The position numbers were made by a program, and so were the translations under genes. 64,000 bases of DNA, taken from the NCBI GenBank assembly GCA_963823665.1, contig CAWGMQ010000006.1, positions 1,184,001 to 1,248,000 on the forward strand, given 5' to 3'. The number at the start of each line of letters is the position of its first letter. Position 1 is the stretch's first letter. Positions 9,493 to 21,405 of this stretch are shown here, piece by piece. The notes beneath the pieces are model-generated. The model was not told the DNA's origin and ran no database searches. It worked only from the letters and a program-made list of their open reading frames with translations. Source of the DNA: an uncultured Planctomycetota bacterium (GTDB taxonomy: Bacteria > Planctomycetota > Planctomycetia > Isosphaerales > Isosphaeraceae).

Positions 9493-10233
9493 ATGGTGGA
9501 CGCGGCTCCAAATTCGGGCTCTCCAGGGCAGTTCCCGACGACCTGCTGGAGCGTTGTGCTGGCGGCGCGCGGGACGCCGCAGGGTGAGGCCCGCGCCGCC
9601 CTCGAAACGCTGTGCGCGGCTTACTGGTTCCCGCTGTACGCCTTCATACGCAGCCGCGGGCTGCCCGCCCACTCGGCTGAGGACGTGACCCAGTCGTTCT
9701 TCACCCGCTTGCTCGAGAAGGGTGTTTTTGACGCTGTGGACAGAAACAAGGGTCGATTGCGGGCCTTTCTGCTGGCGGCGTGCAAGGACTTTCTGGCGAA
9801 TCAGCGCGATTACGAGCGACGCAAGAAACGCGGGGGCGGGCGGCGATTCGTGCCGATTGACGCCGAGGGCCGGCTGGGCGCGGCGGCGGCGCAGGGGCTC
9901 ACACCCGAGGCCCTCTTCGACCGCAAGTGGGCCGTTGCCTTGCTCGAGCGAGTGCTCGAGCGGCTTGCCGCCGAGATGGAGCGCGCGGGCCGGTCCGCAC
10001 TCTTTGAGCGGCTCAAGCCCGTCCTGCTCGGCGAGAGCCAGGCGCCATCTTATTCGGACGCAGCCGAACAGCTTGGAATGACCGAGGGGGCAATGAAGGT
10101 GGCCGCCCACCGGCTGCGAACTCGCTATCGTGAGCTTCTCCGCGACGAGATCGGCCAAACCGTTGCAGATCCTGCCGACGTCGACGACGAGATCCGCGAG
10201 CTTTTCCACGCGCTCCGCGGCTTTCGGCGCTAA
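9493..10233 (+). CDS. ECF RNA polymerase sigma-70 factor (kinase-associated, FPTTxWS type)
   Basis: [28 protein letters not shown], region 4 KVAAHRLR; directly upstream of a Ser/Thr kinase. Confidence 0.92.
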   Translation: MVDAAPNSGSPGQFPTTCWSVVLAARGTPQGEARAALETLCAAYWFPLYAFIRSRGLPAHSAEDVTQSFFTRLLEKGVFDAVDRNKGRLRAFLLAACKDFLANQRDYERRKKRGGGRRFVPIDAEGRLGAAAAQGLTPEALFDRKWAVALLERVLERLAAEMERAGRSALFERLKPVLLGESQAPSYSDAAEQLGMTEGAMKVAAHRLRTRYRELLRDEIGQTVADPADVDDEIRELFHALRGFRR

Positions 10234-10295
10234 TTCGTGTAACCTTTCCGCGCGGTTGCTTGTTCTCCTGTTGGGAACGCAAGGGAGACCCGACG

Positions 10296-13200
10296 ATGAA
10301 CGAGGCGCACATCTGCCCGGAATGCTCGACGGAACTTGAAGCAGACTCACCGCTGGGCCTTTGCCCGGCGTGCCTCATGCGGGCCGGACTGTCAGGGCCG
10401 GAGAGCGGGCCCGCGCCCGACGACCTGCTGGAGACCGCCGCGGAGTCGCCCGACCCGCGCTCTCCGCAATCCCCGACGACACTCGAGGAAAGCCGTGACG
10501 GTGCGCCCGGGCCGATCGGAACGATTCGCTACTTCGGCGACTACGAGCTGACCGCCGAGGTCGCCCGCGGCGGGATGGGCGTTGTTTACCGCGCGGTCCA
10601 GCTAAGCCTGAAACGCGCGGTCGCCTTGAAGATGATCCTCGCGGGGTCGCTCGCCTCCGAGACTGACGTCCAGCGGTTTCGGTCGGAGGCCGAGGCGGCC
10701 GCCGGGCTCGATCATCCCCATATCGTGCCGATTTACGAGATTGGCGAGCACCTCGGGCAACAGTACTTCAGCATGCGGTTCATCGAGGGGCGAAGTCTGG
10801 CCCACGATGTTCCCCGGCTTGTGAATGACCCTCGCGCCGCGGCGAGGTTGATGGCCCTCATCGCGCGGGCCGTTCACTACGCCCATCAGCGGGGCATCCT
10901 GCATCGCGATTTGAAGCCGGCCAACATCCTGATTGATCCTGAGGGAGAGCCCCACGTCAGCGACTTCGGGCTGGCCAAGCGGCTGGAGGGAGAAGGCGGC
11001 CTCACGCAGTCCGGCGCGGTGATGGGTACGCCCGCCTACATGCCGCCGGAGCAGGCTTCGCGGTCACGCGGGGCGGTGACCACGGCGAGCGACGTTTACT
11101 CTCTAGGGGCGATCCTTTACGAGCTAGTGTCGGGGCGACCGCCGTTCAAAGCAGATTCTGTGACGGATACCCTGCTTCAGGTTCTCGAAAAAGAACCGGC
11201 GCATCCGCGGCTTTTCAATCCCAAGGCGGACCGTGACCTGGCGACGATCGCACTGAAATGCCTCAGCAAGGATCCGGACCGTCGATACGGCTCTGCCGAT
11301 GCCCTGGCCGAAGACCTCGAACGCTACGGCCGCGGCGAGCCGATCGTCGCGCGGGCGGTGTCGCCGGTTGAGCGGGCCGTCAAGTGGGCGCGACGGCGGC
11401 CGGCGGTTGCGGCCCTGGCCGCGACGGTGTGGATCATGGCGGCCACTGGCGTTACGGCGGTGAGCTGGCAATGGCGCGAGGCGGTTGCAGCGAGGGAAAA
11501 CGCTCAGAAAATGGCCGAGGCCGAGAGGAAAGCGAAGGATGAGGCCGTTGTCCTCCAGGGCAAGGAATCCGCCGAGAAGGCCAGGGCCTTGGCCGAGCGC
11601 GACGCCAAGGAGGTTGCCCTGAACCGCGCCGAAGGCCTGCGGCTGACAACCGAGGCGGCGGCGGTCCGTCAAAATGATCCCGCACTCGGCGTCTTGCTGG
11701 CGATCGAGGCGGTGCGCCGCGTGCCGAACCGGATCACGTTCAACGTCATGTACGACGCGCTCGCCGGTCTCCGCGAAGTGCGCACGCTCACCCCCGAGTT
11801 CGACGACTACTTCCGACGGCGCTCGCCCAAGCCGGCGATCACCGCGGCTGCACTGAGCCCCGACGGACTGACGGTGGTGGCCGCCACGGCCTCGGGCACA
11901 CTTCACGCGTGGGACGCCGCGACCGGCGGCCGCAAAGCCTTTAACCGCGGTCTTGGAATGCCGGTCGCGGGCATTGTTTTTAGCCCCGACAGTCTGCGCT
12001 TTCTCACGTTCCACACTGGCTATGACCGACTCGGCCATGGCGATGGCCGACGATACATTTATACCGACCGCGTGATCCATGTGTGGGAGACGGCAACCGC
12101 CAAGGAAATACTCCGGATTCGCGGCCATCAGAGCCGGGTCTGCTCGGCCGAGTTCAGCGCCGACGGCTCGAAGATCCTCTCTGCCGGCTGGGACAGTACC
12201 GCTCGGATCTTTGACACACACACCGGGGCGCAGCAGGCGAGCTTCACGGTGCCGGAGCAAACACCCCTCCTGGCCCGCTTCGCCCCTGACGGCAAGACCG
12301 CGGTATACGTTGTGACCAATTATCTATCGGGAACGGAGTACGAGTTGAATGGGATCAAGGATCCGGCATTGATCGATCCCGACATTCCGCACGGTGTTGA
12401 GATTGAGGCCTATGGGGGCGGATTCAGCACGGGGCAGCAAGGCTTCGTTGACGAAGAGAAGGCGAAGACGGTTGCGCGCATCTTTGACGCCTCGACCGGC
12501 AAGCAAGTCGCGGCATTTTTGACTTCCCAGGCAAAAGTGCTTGGGCCCGGTGATGACTGGCACCCGACCTGTGCGGCTTTCAGCCCGGAAGGCGTGCTCG
12601 CAATCGGTTTCGCCCAGAACGCCGTTTTCTTCTGGGACACGGCCGTGGGTGGCCCCGGAGAGTACGAGGAAACAAAGGATTCGGTCGTTGCGATCGCATT
12701 CCGCGAGAACGGTAAGTTCCTGGACGCCGTCCTTGCCGATGGGACGGCCAATGAGTGGGCCATCCCCTCCGGCAGTGTGCGAGCCCTCGAGAGCAACAAA
12801 GCCGCCCACGTGACCCTGGCTGCTTTCGACGCCACCGCCGATCGCCGGATTGTGGTCTCGGACGACCTCGTGGTTGACGTGACGATGTTGGCGCAGGAGC
12901 CCGTCGTGCCGCCGCTGAAGGGGCATAACGGCCCAATCGTCGCGGCCGCGATCTCTCGCAACGGCCGCCGGGTGATGACCGCGGGCGACACGACCGTCCG
13001 GCTCTGGGATACTCTCGCCTTCGCGGATCCGGCGATTGTGCTTGAGAGCAATGGCGTTCGATGGCTAGCTTATGACTCCACTGGCGGTCGCGTTCTGGGG
13101 CTCGGCGGCAACGGGTCAGCCCGAATCTGGGACGCCGAGACGGGCAAAGAGATACGAGCAATCGGTAATTTCAAGGCGCTCGGCGAGCTCCAGTCCGCCC

Positions 13201-16200
13201 GGTTCGATCCCGATGGTGCTCGTATCGTCACGGCCGCGCGCGGCGCAAGCATCGTGGTGGATGGCAAGGAGGTCAACTCGTCCGCGGTTCACGTCTGGAA
13301 CGCGGCGACGGGCGCGGAGATCGTGGTGCTGCGCGATCACCGAATCGACGCAACGGACGCTCGATTTCTCGGCGATGGACCGCGGTTGCTCACGATATCA
13401 GAGGGGTCTCGCACTTCGTACACCTGGGATTCCAATGGGAATCGCAAGGTCAGCGAAGCCAGCGACGACGACACCGGATTGACCCGGATCTGGAACGCCG
13501 CCAGCGGCGCCCTCGAGGTCACGCTTCGCGGGGCCGTTTCACGCGACATCGCGCCGGCCGTCAGTGCCGACGGCCGCCGAATCGTCGTCGTGTACGAGAG
13601 TGAGCAGGATCTCCACCTGGTGGATGCCAATTCCGGCAATGACATCGCCGTCTTGAAGGGACACCACGCGAAGATCACTTCGGCTGCCTTCAGTCCGGAT
13701 GGGCGTCGCGTCGTGACGACCGATCAGGAAGGGGTGGCAATGCTCTGGGACGGCGCGACCGGCGAATTCCTGGCCACGTTCGACAAGTTCGAGACGGCCT
13801 GCCAGGGATCGGCGTTTGACCCCGACTCAAAGACCCTCGCCATCATCGCCGGCCCTTCGGTATACCTTTTCGACGCAGCTACCCGCTTACCAGGCAAGGC
13901 GCTGCGCGGACACGAAGGGCTGGTCACGGCGGTCGCCTTCAGCCCCGACGGCTCGCGGCTTCTCACCGGCTCTCGCGACAAGCTGGCAGCACTGTGGGAC
14001 GTCGCATCGGGCAAGCCACTGGCCTACTACCGCGGCCATTCCGGACCGATCACCCAGGTGACCTATCGGCCCGACGGCCGCCAGGTGGCGACAACTTCCG
14101 AGGACGGCACGGCGCGGCTCTGGCCGGTCGACTTGATCTCCGCCATCGAGCGATTCAGGCCCCGCGAGCTCACGGCCGAGGAACGCCGGCGCTTCGAGCT
14201 CGCCTCACTCGAGTCCGCGAGCGACGACTCGCCGAGGCTCACCATATCTCCGGCGCCCGGCACGCCGATCGGGGGGCGCCGGCCGATCGCGGCACCGCCA
14301 GCCCCTGCGCTCGTCGAGGCCGGGGCCGCCGCTCTGCGGAGACTGCTCGGTGATCCTGAGGCCGCGAGTGCTCCAGACCGTCGGGCGCTGCTCGACGTCA
14401 TCGCGGCTAATCCCGCAACGCCCGCCTCGAGCGAGGCAGCCTCGCGATTGGCAACATCGAAATCACCGCCCGATGCTCTGAACATCAACAAGATCCCGGT
14501 CTCGGAGCGATTCCCGTTCCAGCCAAAAGAGTCTCGTGGCAGTACTTGGTGAGCACCGCGGCCGGCACTGGGGCTTGATCAGGCAGATCCGTTTGAGCCC
14601 AGACGGTTCTCTGGTCGCGACCCGTGGCACTGATCGAACGATCCGGCTCTGGGATTCCATGACGCTCGAGGCCAGGGGTGAGATCTCGCCAGGGAACGGT
14701 AGCTCAGCGACAGACGTTGCATTTATTCCCAGCGGCAAGACGCTCGTGACAGCCAGCGACACCGCGGTTGAGTTCTGGGACGTTTCCTCCAGTCCGCCGA
14801 GGATCGTGCGCTCGATCCAGGGGGGCGCGACGAGCTTGGCGCTCTCTGCTGACGGAGCTCGGCTGGCCGCGGGCGATCGCGGCAAGCTCGTCCGCCTTTG
14901 GGACCTCGGCGCCGGCGAGCCCGTTGAGCGGCCGCCCGTGCTCTTGAGCCAGGGCGAGTCAGTGAGCGAGTGCCTGTCGGCCGATGGTCGTTCCGTCCTC
15001 GTTCTTGACAATCAACACCGTGTGGAGATTTTCGACCTCACCGATCGAGTGCCCAAACTGCGTCTGACCATCCCCGGTGAGCACCAACCTCTGGGCGGAA
15101 GGATACTCTCGGCTGATGGTAAGACGGCCGTAACGTTCGCGGACTGGCGGCTTCATTTCTGGGATGTCGCCGGCGACAAAGCCAGGGAGATCAACTCGGT
15201 GCAATCACCCATCGGGTGGATCAATGCCGCCGAGTTTGATGCGTCGGGAGCGAAGCTGCTGTGTTCCGCGGGCGGCGGACTGGTGCTCTGGGACGTGCCG
15301 GATGCCCGCGTCGCGATCACGATTCCCGCGTATCTCCATCGGGGCGACGGCGTCGCGATTGCGCCCGACGGCAAGACTGTGTTCGCCTCGTCCGGGCCGT
15401 TGCTACGCCGCTGGGAGATCTCGGGCTCGAAGGCGGAAGCGCGCCCCGCCCCTTCAGGGCACATGCAGCGCGTGTGGTCTCTCTCGTTTCACCCGGATTG
15501 CCACACGCTCGCCTCTGCCGCGACCGACGGCGTGCGCATCTGGGATCTCGCAGGGCCAGCTCCAAGGGAGCGTCGTGCGCTCAACGATGGCGGCTGGACG
15601 GTCCGGTTCTCCCCCGACGGTCGCACGCTGTTCACGGGCGTCCAGTCGGGCAGATTGTGGCAGATCGCCGGAGACACGTATAGCGGCCCGACGGCGCTGG
15701 CGGGGCATTCACGAGCCCCCATCGGGGCGGCATTCAGCCACGACGGCTCGCTGCTGGCGACCGGGAGCTTCCAACCCAACCTGCGGATCTTTGCTCGCGA
15801 GGGATTGAGTTATCGGCCGCAGCTTGAGCTCGAGCCGGATGATTGGCTCAAGAGCGTGGACTCGCTCAGCTTCTCCCCGGGTGGCTCTCTGCTGGCGGCC
15901 GGCCGGCGTGGGGGCCACCGCTGGCTTCGGCTGTGGCGGGTCGAGGGGACGAAGCTCGAAGAGCTGCTCATCCCCAAGATCGATGCGCGTCAGGTCGCGT
16001 TCTCGCCGGATGGTTTGACACTGGCTTACGCCGATAGCGGCCAGGACATTCACTTACTCGACCTGGCTCGCGCGTCGCTGGCGGAGCGGGCCGTGCTCAA
16101 GGGGCACGGTCTGCCGGGTGCGCCGCAAGTGGTATGCGACGTGGCGTTTGATCTCACCGGGGCACGGCTCGTTTCCTCGGGACAGGACGGGCGAGTGATT

Positions 16201-16368
16201 CTCTGGAACGCCGCGGATGGCACGAAGCTGGCGCAGTGGCAGCTTGCCGGTCCCGTCGAAGCCGTCGCGTTCGCGAACGACGGCCGGCATCTCGCGGTGG
16301 GTAATGCGAACGGGACCGTCTACATCCTTCGCGTTTCACCGACTGGCGGCCGCGGGCGGGCTCAGTGA
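10296..16368 (+). CDS. Ser/Thr protein kinase with Zn-ribbon N-terminus, TM helix and multiple WD40 propellers (frameshift near 14531 joins ORFs 10260..14552 and 14536..16368)
   Basis: [36 protein letters not shown]40 repeats; removing one base at gag-t-ctc gives [12 protein letters not shown]. Confidence 0.9.
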
Positions 16369-17703
16369 TCTGAGGAACGCCTGGACCCGTAGTCGTTCGC
16401 TGGGAAGCAGCTTGAAGTACCGCTCCGCGGGCTGTCTTGCTTGGCCTCCGTGCAGCGCAACGGCTTCTTCCAGGTTTTTCGCCCGGCCGTCGTGCAGGTA
16501 TGGCGCCGAGTCGCGGAACCCCCAGAGGGGCGGCGTCCGCCATTCCTGCTTCTTCACACCGTCCTTCGAAGGCGACGAATCGGGCTCGGTGATCCCGTAG
16601 TAGCTGCCCGAGTCAGATAGCGCCGGGCCCATGTCGTGCAAGAGCAGATCGCTGTAGATGCCGTCGACATCACCGAGGGAGGGTCGATGACAGGCGGCGC
16701 AGCCGGTGGATTCGAACATGGCTCGGCCATCCGCAATGGCCGGTGATTCCCGCGGCATGCTCGCTACGCCTCCCTTCGGGGCGCCCAGATCCCTCACGTA
16801 GGATACCAGGGCGTCGCACTCTGTCTGCGTCAGGTCGAGGCCTTTGGCCGTTGCGTCCGGCTCGAGCGGCGAGGCGGCCTGGTGATGGCCGGGGACCTCC
16901 AGACCGAGCTCGTTGGCACAGGCCGAGAGAACGAACTCGCGGAGGTTAGGCGTCTCGGCCTTCCACCCGAAGCGGCCGATACGGCCATCCTTGAGGCGGT
17001 TGACACGACCCCGGATTTCGCGGAACTCGAAGAATCTCGTTTCCTCGTCTTCGGCGGCAAGCAGGGTTTGGTCCGAGATTGCGTCGATGCGCCCCACACC
17101 GAATAACGCCGGTGGATTGCGCTGCGAGAGCACCAATCCATTCGAGACGCGGGATGCTCCGCTCGATCGCGACTGGAGAAGAGAAGGTCCGAGGCTGACC
17201 AGCATCTGGACTTGCGCGATCTCGGTTCCAGCCGATTCGGCCATGTGCGCGATACGGTCGTTGAACAGCAAACTCAGGCGTTTCCGCGTGTATTCGGGAT
17301 CAACCCCGTACCGGTGCAGAACGATGCTCTGCGATGTCTTGAAGCCAGGGTGCAAGCCGGCAGGCTTGTCCGCATTTCGCCCAGATAAGGGCGCCGTCAA
17401 GATGTCGACATTCGTGCTCGTGGGCCCTCCCCCACCGGGACCGCCTTGGTAGTGACAGGCGACGCACGAAGTCTCGTTATAGACCGGCCCGAGGCCGTCG
17501 CCGCCTGCGCCCTTCGCGTCGGCGGGCAGCCATTCCCGCGTGAAGAGCTCGGCTCCTTGCATCAAGACTTCTTTTTTTGGTGGATCGTCGCCGGCCCAGG
17601 CGAAAGCTACAGCGACAACTCCAACTGCGCCGATGGCCGCCATCCCCTCAAGAACGCCGCGCCATCGCGGGCGGCACTTGCCGGTCCATTTGCGTTTTGA
17701 CAT
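16336..17703 (-). CDS. Di-heme oxidoreductase family protein (DHOR, putative thiol oxidoreductase/peroxidase)
   Basis: DGLGPVYNETSCVACH, GRFGWKA, CAACH, YSDLLLHDMG, WRTPPLWG..SAPYLHDGRA. Confidence 0.92.
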   Translation of the reverse strand: MSKRKWTGKCRPRWRGVLEGMAAIGAVGVVAVAFAWAGDDPPKKEVLMQGAELFTREWLPADAKGAGGDGLGPVYNETSCVACHYQGGPGGGGPTSTNVDILTAPLSGRNADKPAGLHPGFKTSQSIVLHRYGVDPEYTRKRLSLLFNDRIAHMAESAGTEIAQVQMLVSLGPSLLQSRSSGASRVSNGLVLSQRNPPALFGVGRIDAISDQTLLAAEDEETRFFEFREIRGRVNRLKDGRIGRFGWKAETPNLREFVLSACANELGLEVPGHHQAASPLEPDATAKGLDLTQTECDALVSYVRDLGAPKGGVASMPRESPAIADGRAMFESTGCAACHRPSLGDVDGIYSDLLLHDMGPALSDSGSYYGITEPDSSPSKDGVKKQEWRTPPLWGFRDSAPYLHDGRAKNLEEAVALHGGQARQPAERYFKLLPSERLRVQAFLRSLSPPAAASR

Positions 17704-17924
17704 CGCAGGCTCCACGACAGACGCAACGCGTGTACCAGGTTCCCGCACCGTTCGACTCTAATCATTCGCACAGTTGCAGTCCATACATGTTGGTTCGTAG
17801 GCAGCGGATCCTCCGTAGCTGCCGTCGGCATCTCACCGGACAGCGCCCTGGGCACTCCGAGCCGAGTCAGCTCCTGCCGCCGCAAGCCGATAGATGTGCA
17901 CTGTAGAGATAAGGCGCAGAACGC

Positions 17925-19022
17925 TCATTGCGGGCGCCGGTGCTGCGCGGGCCCCCGGGGCGTTTCCCCTTGCGCATCTCCCGGGCTCGCGCTGTGGAAA
18001 AAGTCCGTCATTTGCGTCCGGCCGGCCTCCGCTGACGGCGCACCCCCCTCCTTCGCCCGCTCGGCCCGGACCTCGCTACGCGCTTTGTCGAGAATCGCGA
18101 AAAGGCGGCTATAAGCCTTTCGTTCCTCGGGCGTGGTCGCCTCCCCGAAGCGAAGGTTGTAAGCGTGCATGAAGCCCAGCAAATTCGCGAGCGAGGTGTC
18201 CGTCACCTTCCCTAGCGCGGCGATGGCCGGTCTGAGGTCCGCCGACTTCCTCACCGCCACGAGCGCCAAAGAGGTTTTCAAGAAACTCACGGCTTCGATC
18301 TGGTCGCGGAGATGCTCAAGCGGCTGGGTCGCCAGCTTGGCGCGGAGCGAGCTCAAGAACTCCCGGGCCTCGTCCAGGGTCTTCTCCGATACCTCGCCTG
18401 CGTCGTCCTCTCTCCTCATCTGCGCGACGAGGCGATCGAACGTTTTCTTTGCATCGGCAAAGTGCTCCTCCGGGAACGCCTGCGGCCATTTGACGTTGCC
18501 GCGCAGCTCGTCGAGCATGAAGTTCACTCGCTCCGAACGACTCCGGAACGGGACAAGAGCGATCAAACTCGCCGCAGCCGGAGCCTTCGCCGCGCGCGCG
18601 GCCAGAGGGCCGAGCTCGGGGTCGCTGAGATCGTCGAGGGCGACGTTGAGCGCGTCGCCGTTTTCGACCTGGCGCACGGTCGGATTCTCACGGAGCTGCT
18701 TGAGTAATGATTCATACTTCCGCTTCAGCTCCTGGCTCTTTCGGTACTGCATGAGCTGCTTGTAATCGACCACACACGAACTGCGCCAAGCGTACTGGTT
18801 GAATCTCGCGACGAGATCCGCCCTGACGTTCTTATCGTAGCTCAGGATCCCGGCGCCCATCGCGTGATGGGCGGGTTCCGCGGCAGCGCTGGCGGTTGGC
18901 TTTGCATCCCACCCATTCCATAGCCAACCGCCGTGATCCCACTGGGCGCGGGCATCGCCCGCGGTCATGGGCAGAACCAAGCCCAAGGCCACCGCTGCCA
19001 ATCTCATGCGACTGAGCATCAT
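17925..19022 (-). CDS. Secreted hypothetical protein (planctomycete)
   Basis: Signal peptide ending ARA-Q; VENGDALN and LLGFMHAYNLRFG motifs; start inferred. Confidence 0.7.
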   Translation of the reverse strand: MMLSRMRLAAVALGLVLPMTAGDARAQWDHGGWLWNGWDAKPTASAAAEPAHHAMGAGILSYDKNVRADLVARFNQYAWRSSCVVDYKQLMQYRKSQELKRKYESLLKQLRENPTVRQVENGDALNVALDDLSDPELGPLAARAAKAPAAASLIALVPFRSRSERVNFMLDELRGNVKWPQAFPEEHFADAKKTFDRLVAQMRREDDAGEVSEKTLDEAREFLSSLRAKLATQPLEHLRDQIEAVSFLKTSLALVAVRKSADLRPAIAALGKVTDTSLANLLGFMHAYNLRFGEATTPEERKAYSRLFAILDKARSEVRAERAKEGGAPSAEAGRTQMTDFFHSASPGDAQGETPRGPAQHRRPQ

Positions 19023-19306
19023 CAGCCTCCCCACGCCCAAGAGAGTGCGCCTGACGTACCGAGAAGACGAACGGACGAACAACCGTCTCAGGAAGATGTC
19101 CGTTTCGAGACTGATTGTGACATCGCGCCGTTGATTTGTGAATCTGGCCCAAGCAATGCGACACCTGGCTTCAGGCTCAGGGTTTTGTAGTGTAGACTCG
19201 CATGGCTGAACCTCGTGGTGGCGCATGCCGTATCAGCATGACCTCAAGCATTGGCTGGCAGGCGACTACGCGACGGTGATTCTTCCAACTGCGGCGGAGG
19301 GAAAAC

Positions 19307-21405
19307 ATGGTCCACCTACTGCTCATCTGTTGTGTGATGCTGGGCGACGACGCCAAGCCCGCCGCGGCGAACGCGAATGATCGGATTGCTTACGAAGCGG
19401 CTCAGAAGAAGGTGGGTCAAAACCCCGCGGCGCACGTGCAGCTTGCCCTGTGGTGCGAAGTGCACGGCATGCCGGTTCAGCGCGAAAAGCACCTGAAGCT
19501 CGCGGTCGCACTTGAACCGGGCAATTCGCTGGCGAGGGGCCTGATGGGCCTGGTGGCCTTCAAGGGGGCGTGGGCCAAGCCCGGTCAGGTCGAGCAGGAG
19601 ACGCAGAACGACCGCAAGTTCCAGGCGATCTTTCGCGAATACCTCGACCGTCGTGCGCGGACGCCCCAGAAGGCCGACGCTCAACTTCGGCTCGCCGCAT
19701 GGTGCGTAGAAAACGGCCTGAAGGAAGAGGCGATGGTTCACTACCACGTCGTCACGCGGATCGATCCTTCACGCGACATCGCCTGGATCAAGCTCGGCAA
19801 CAAGAAGCACAAGGACCGCTGGAACAAGCCCGCGGATCTGGCAACCCAGAAGCTTGAGGCCGATCTTCAGAAGCACGCGGACGTGCAGTGGAAGTCGCGA
19901 CTCGACAAGCTGCGCGACGGACTGGAAAGCAAGGTAGAAACTCGCCGGCTGAAAGCGGAACATGAGCTGAATGAGATCACCGATCCCCGCGCCGTGCCGA
20001 TGATCTGGAAGACGTTTGGCGCCGGCGGCGAGAAGTTGCAGCTCGTTACCGTCGAATTGCTTTCACATATTGACGGGCCGTCGGCCTCGTTCTTCCTGGC
20101 GGTGCTGGCGCTCGAGGGGAAGTCGCCGGCCGTCACCGGGCGGGCCGCGCTGGCCGTGGCGCGCGCGATCCGCGGGACGTGATCGGCCGGCTGATCGGTC
20201 TGGTTCACCGGACCTACAAGTATCAGATCGTGCCGGGAGCGGGGCCCGGATCGACCGCCGCGCTCATGGTTGATGGGGAAAAATTCGACATGCGGCGGCT
20301 GTACCGGTTTCCGGACATGGACGTCCGCCTGACTCCGCCGATGTACATCCTCACCGACATCGCGATCGGCAGCGCGAACTCACTCAATGGCCAGCAAGGA
20401 GCCAAGCTCGCCGCGCTCAGCTACGAGCTGAACATCGCTCTCGCCGAGCAGCGGCAAATGATGATTGTCGAGGCCGAGCGGGAAACTATCCAGATGAACC
20501 AGGCCGTCGAGCGGCGGCTCGAAAACGATGTGACGATGCTCGAGCGGGCCAACGTCCAGATCGACGAGGGCAACAACCGCGTGCTGCCTTTACTCGAAAC
20601 CCTCACCGGCCAGACGCTGGGAGCCGATCCGGATCAATGGCGCAAGTGGTGGACCGAGCAGCTCGGTTATGTCTACGAAGATCGATATTCCAGTAAGCCC
20701 ACGCTGACCGACTCGGTGGCGGTTCCCGATCTCACCGTGGTTGCCCCGATCGCCGTCGTGGGAATCGCGCCGCACAGCGCGTGCTTTGCTGCCGGCACGC
20801 TGGTCCACACCATGGATGGCGAGCGGAAGATTGAATCGATCGCCGCTGGTGACCGCGTGCTCGCTCAGGACACACACACCGGCACACTATCGTTCCAGCC
20901 CGTGCTCGCCACGCATCGCAACGGCCCGTCGAAGACGCTGCGAATCGCAATCGGCAAAGAGTCGATTGTGGCCACCGGCATTCACCGGTTCTGGATAGCT
21001 GGGAAAGGCTGGACGATGGCTCGCGACCTGAAAGCCGGCGATTCGCTGCGGATGATCGGGGGCACGGCGATAGTTGAGTCGGTCGAGCAGGACGAAACGC
21101 AGTTGGTGTACAACCTCACGGTCGCGGCAGACGGCGATTTTCTTGTCGGAAGTGCGGGACTTCTGGTGCACGACTACGGTTTCGTGCTGCCGGTTGCAGA
21201 GCCGTTCGACCGGCGGGGGCGGTCACGGCAACACCACATCCTTGAATTCGAATTCGAGCGGAACCGTGATCACGCGGCTGGGGGTTTCGTAGACGAGCTG
21301 GTAGTCGGACGGTTTTCCCGGGGCGTCGACGAAGAGGTATTCGAAGCTGAGCTTGCCGCCGTCGGAGCCGGTGTTGGAAAACCCGCCGTTGTGCTCGAAC
21401 CTTGA
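19307..21405 (+). CDS. Secreted HEAT/helical protein with C-terminal polymorphic-toxin-type HINT domain (frameshift near 20165; 3' end uncertain)
   Basis: LALWCE/LAAWC repeats, HEAT-like DPRAVP; HINT 20782-21174: CFAAGTLV, TGIHRFW, VYNLTV, LVHD. Confidence 0.85.

Noticed and set aside
20782..21174. Classical intein
   Set aside because: Lies near the C-terminus, lacks the terminal Asn and a +1 Cys/Ser/Thr, and does not interrupt a conserved host protein; fits PT-HINT/BIL type
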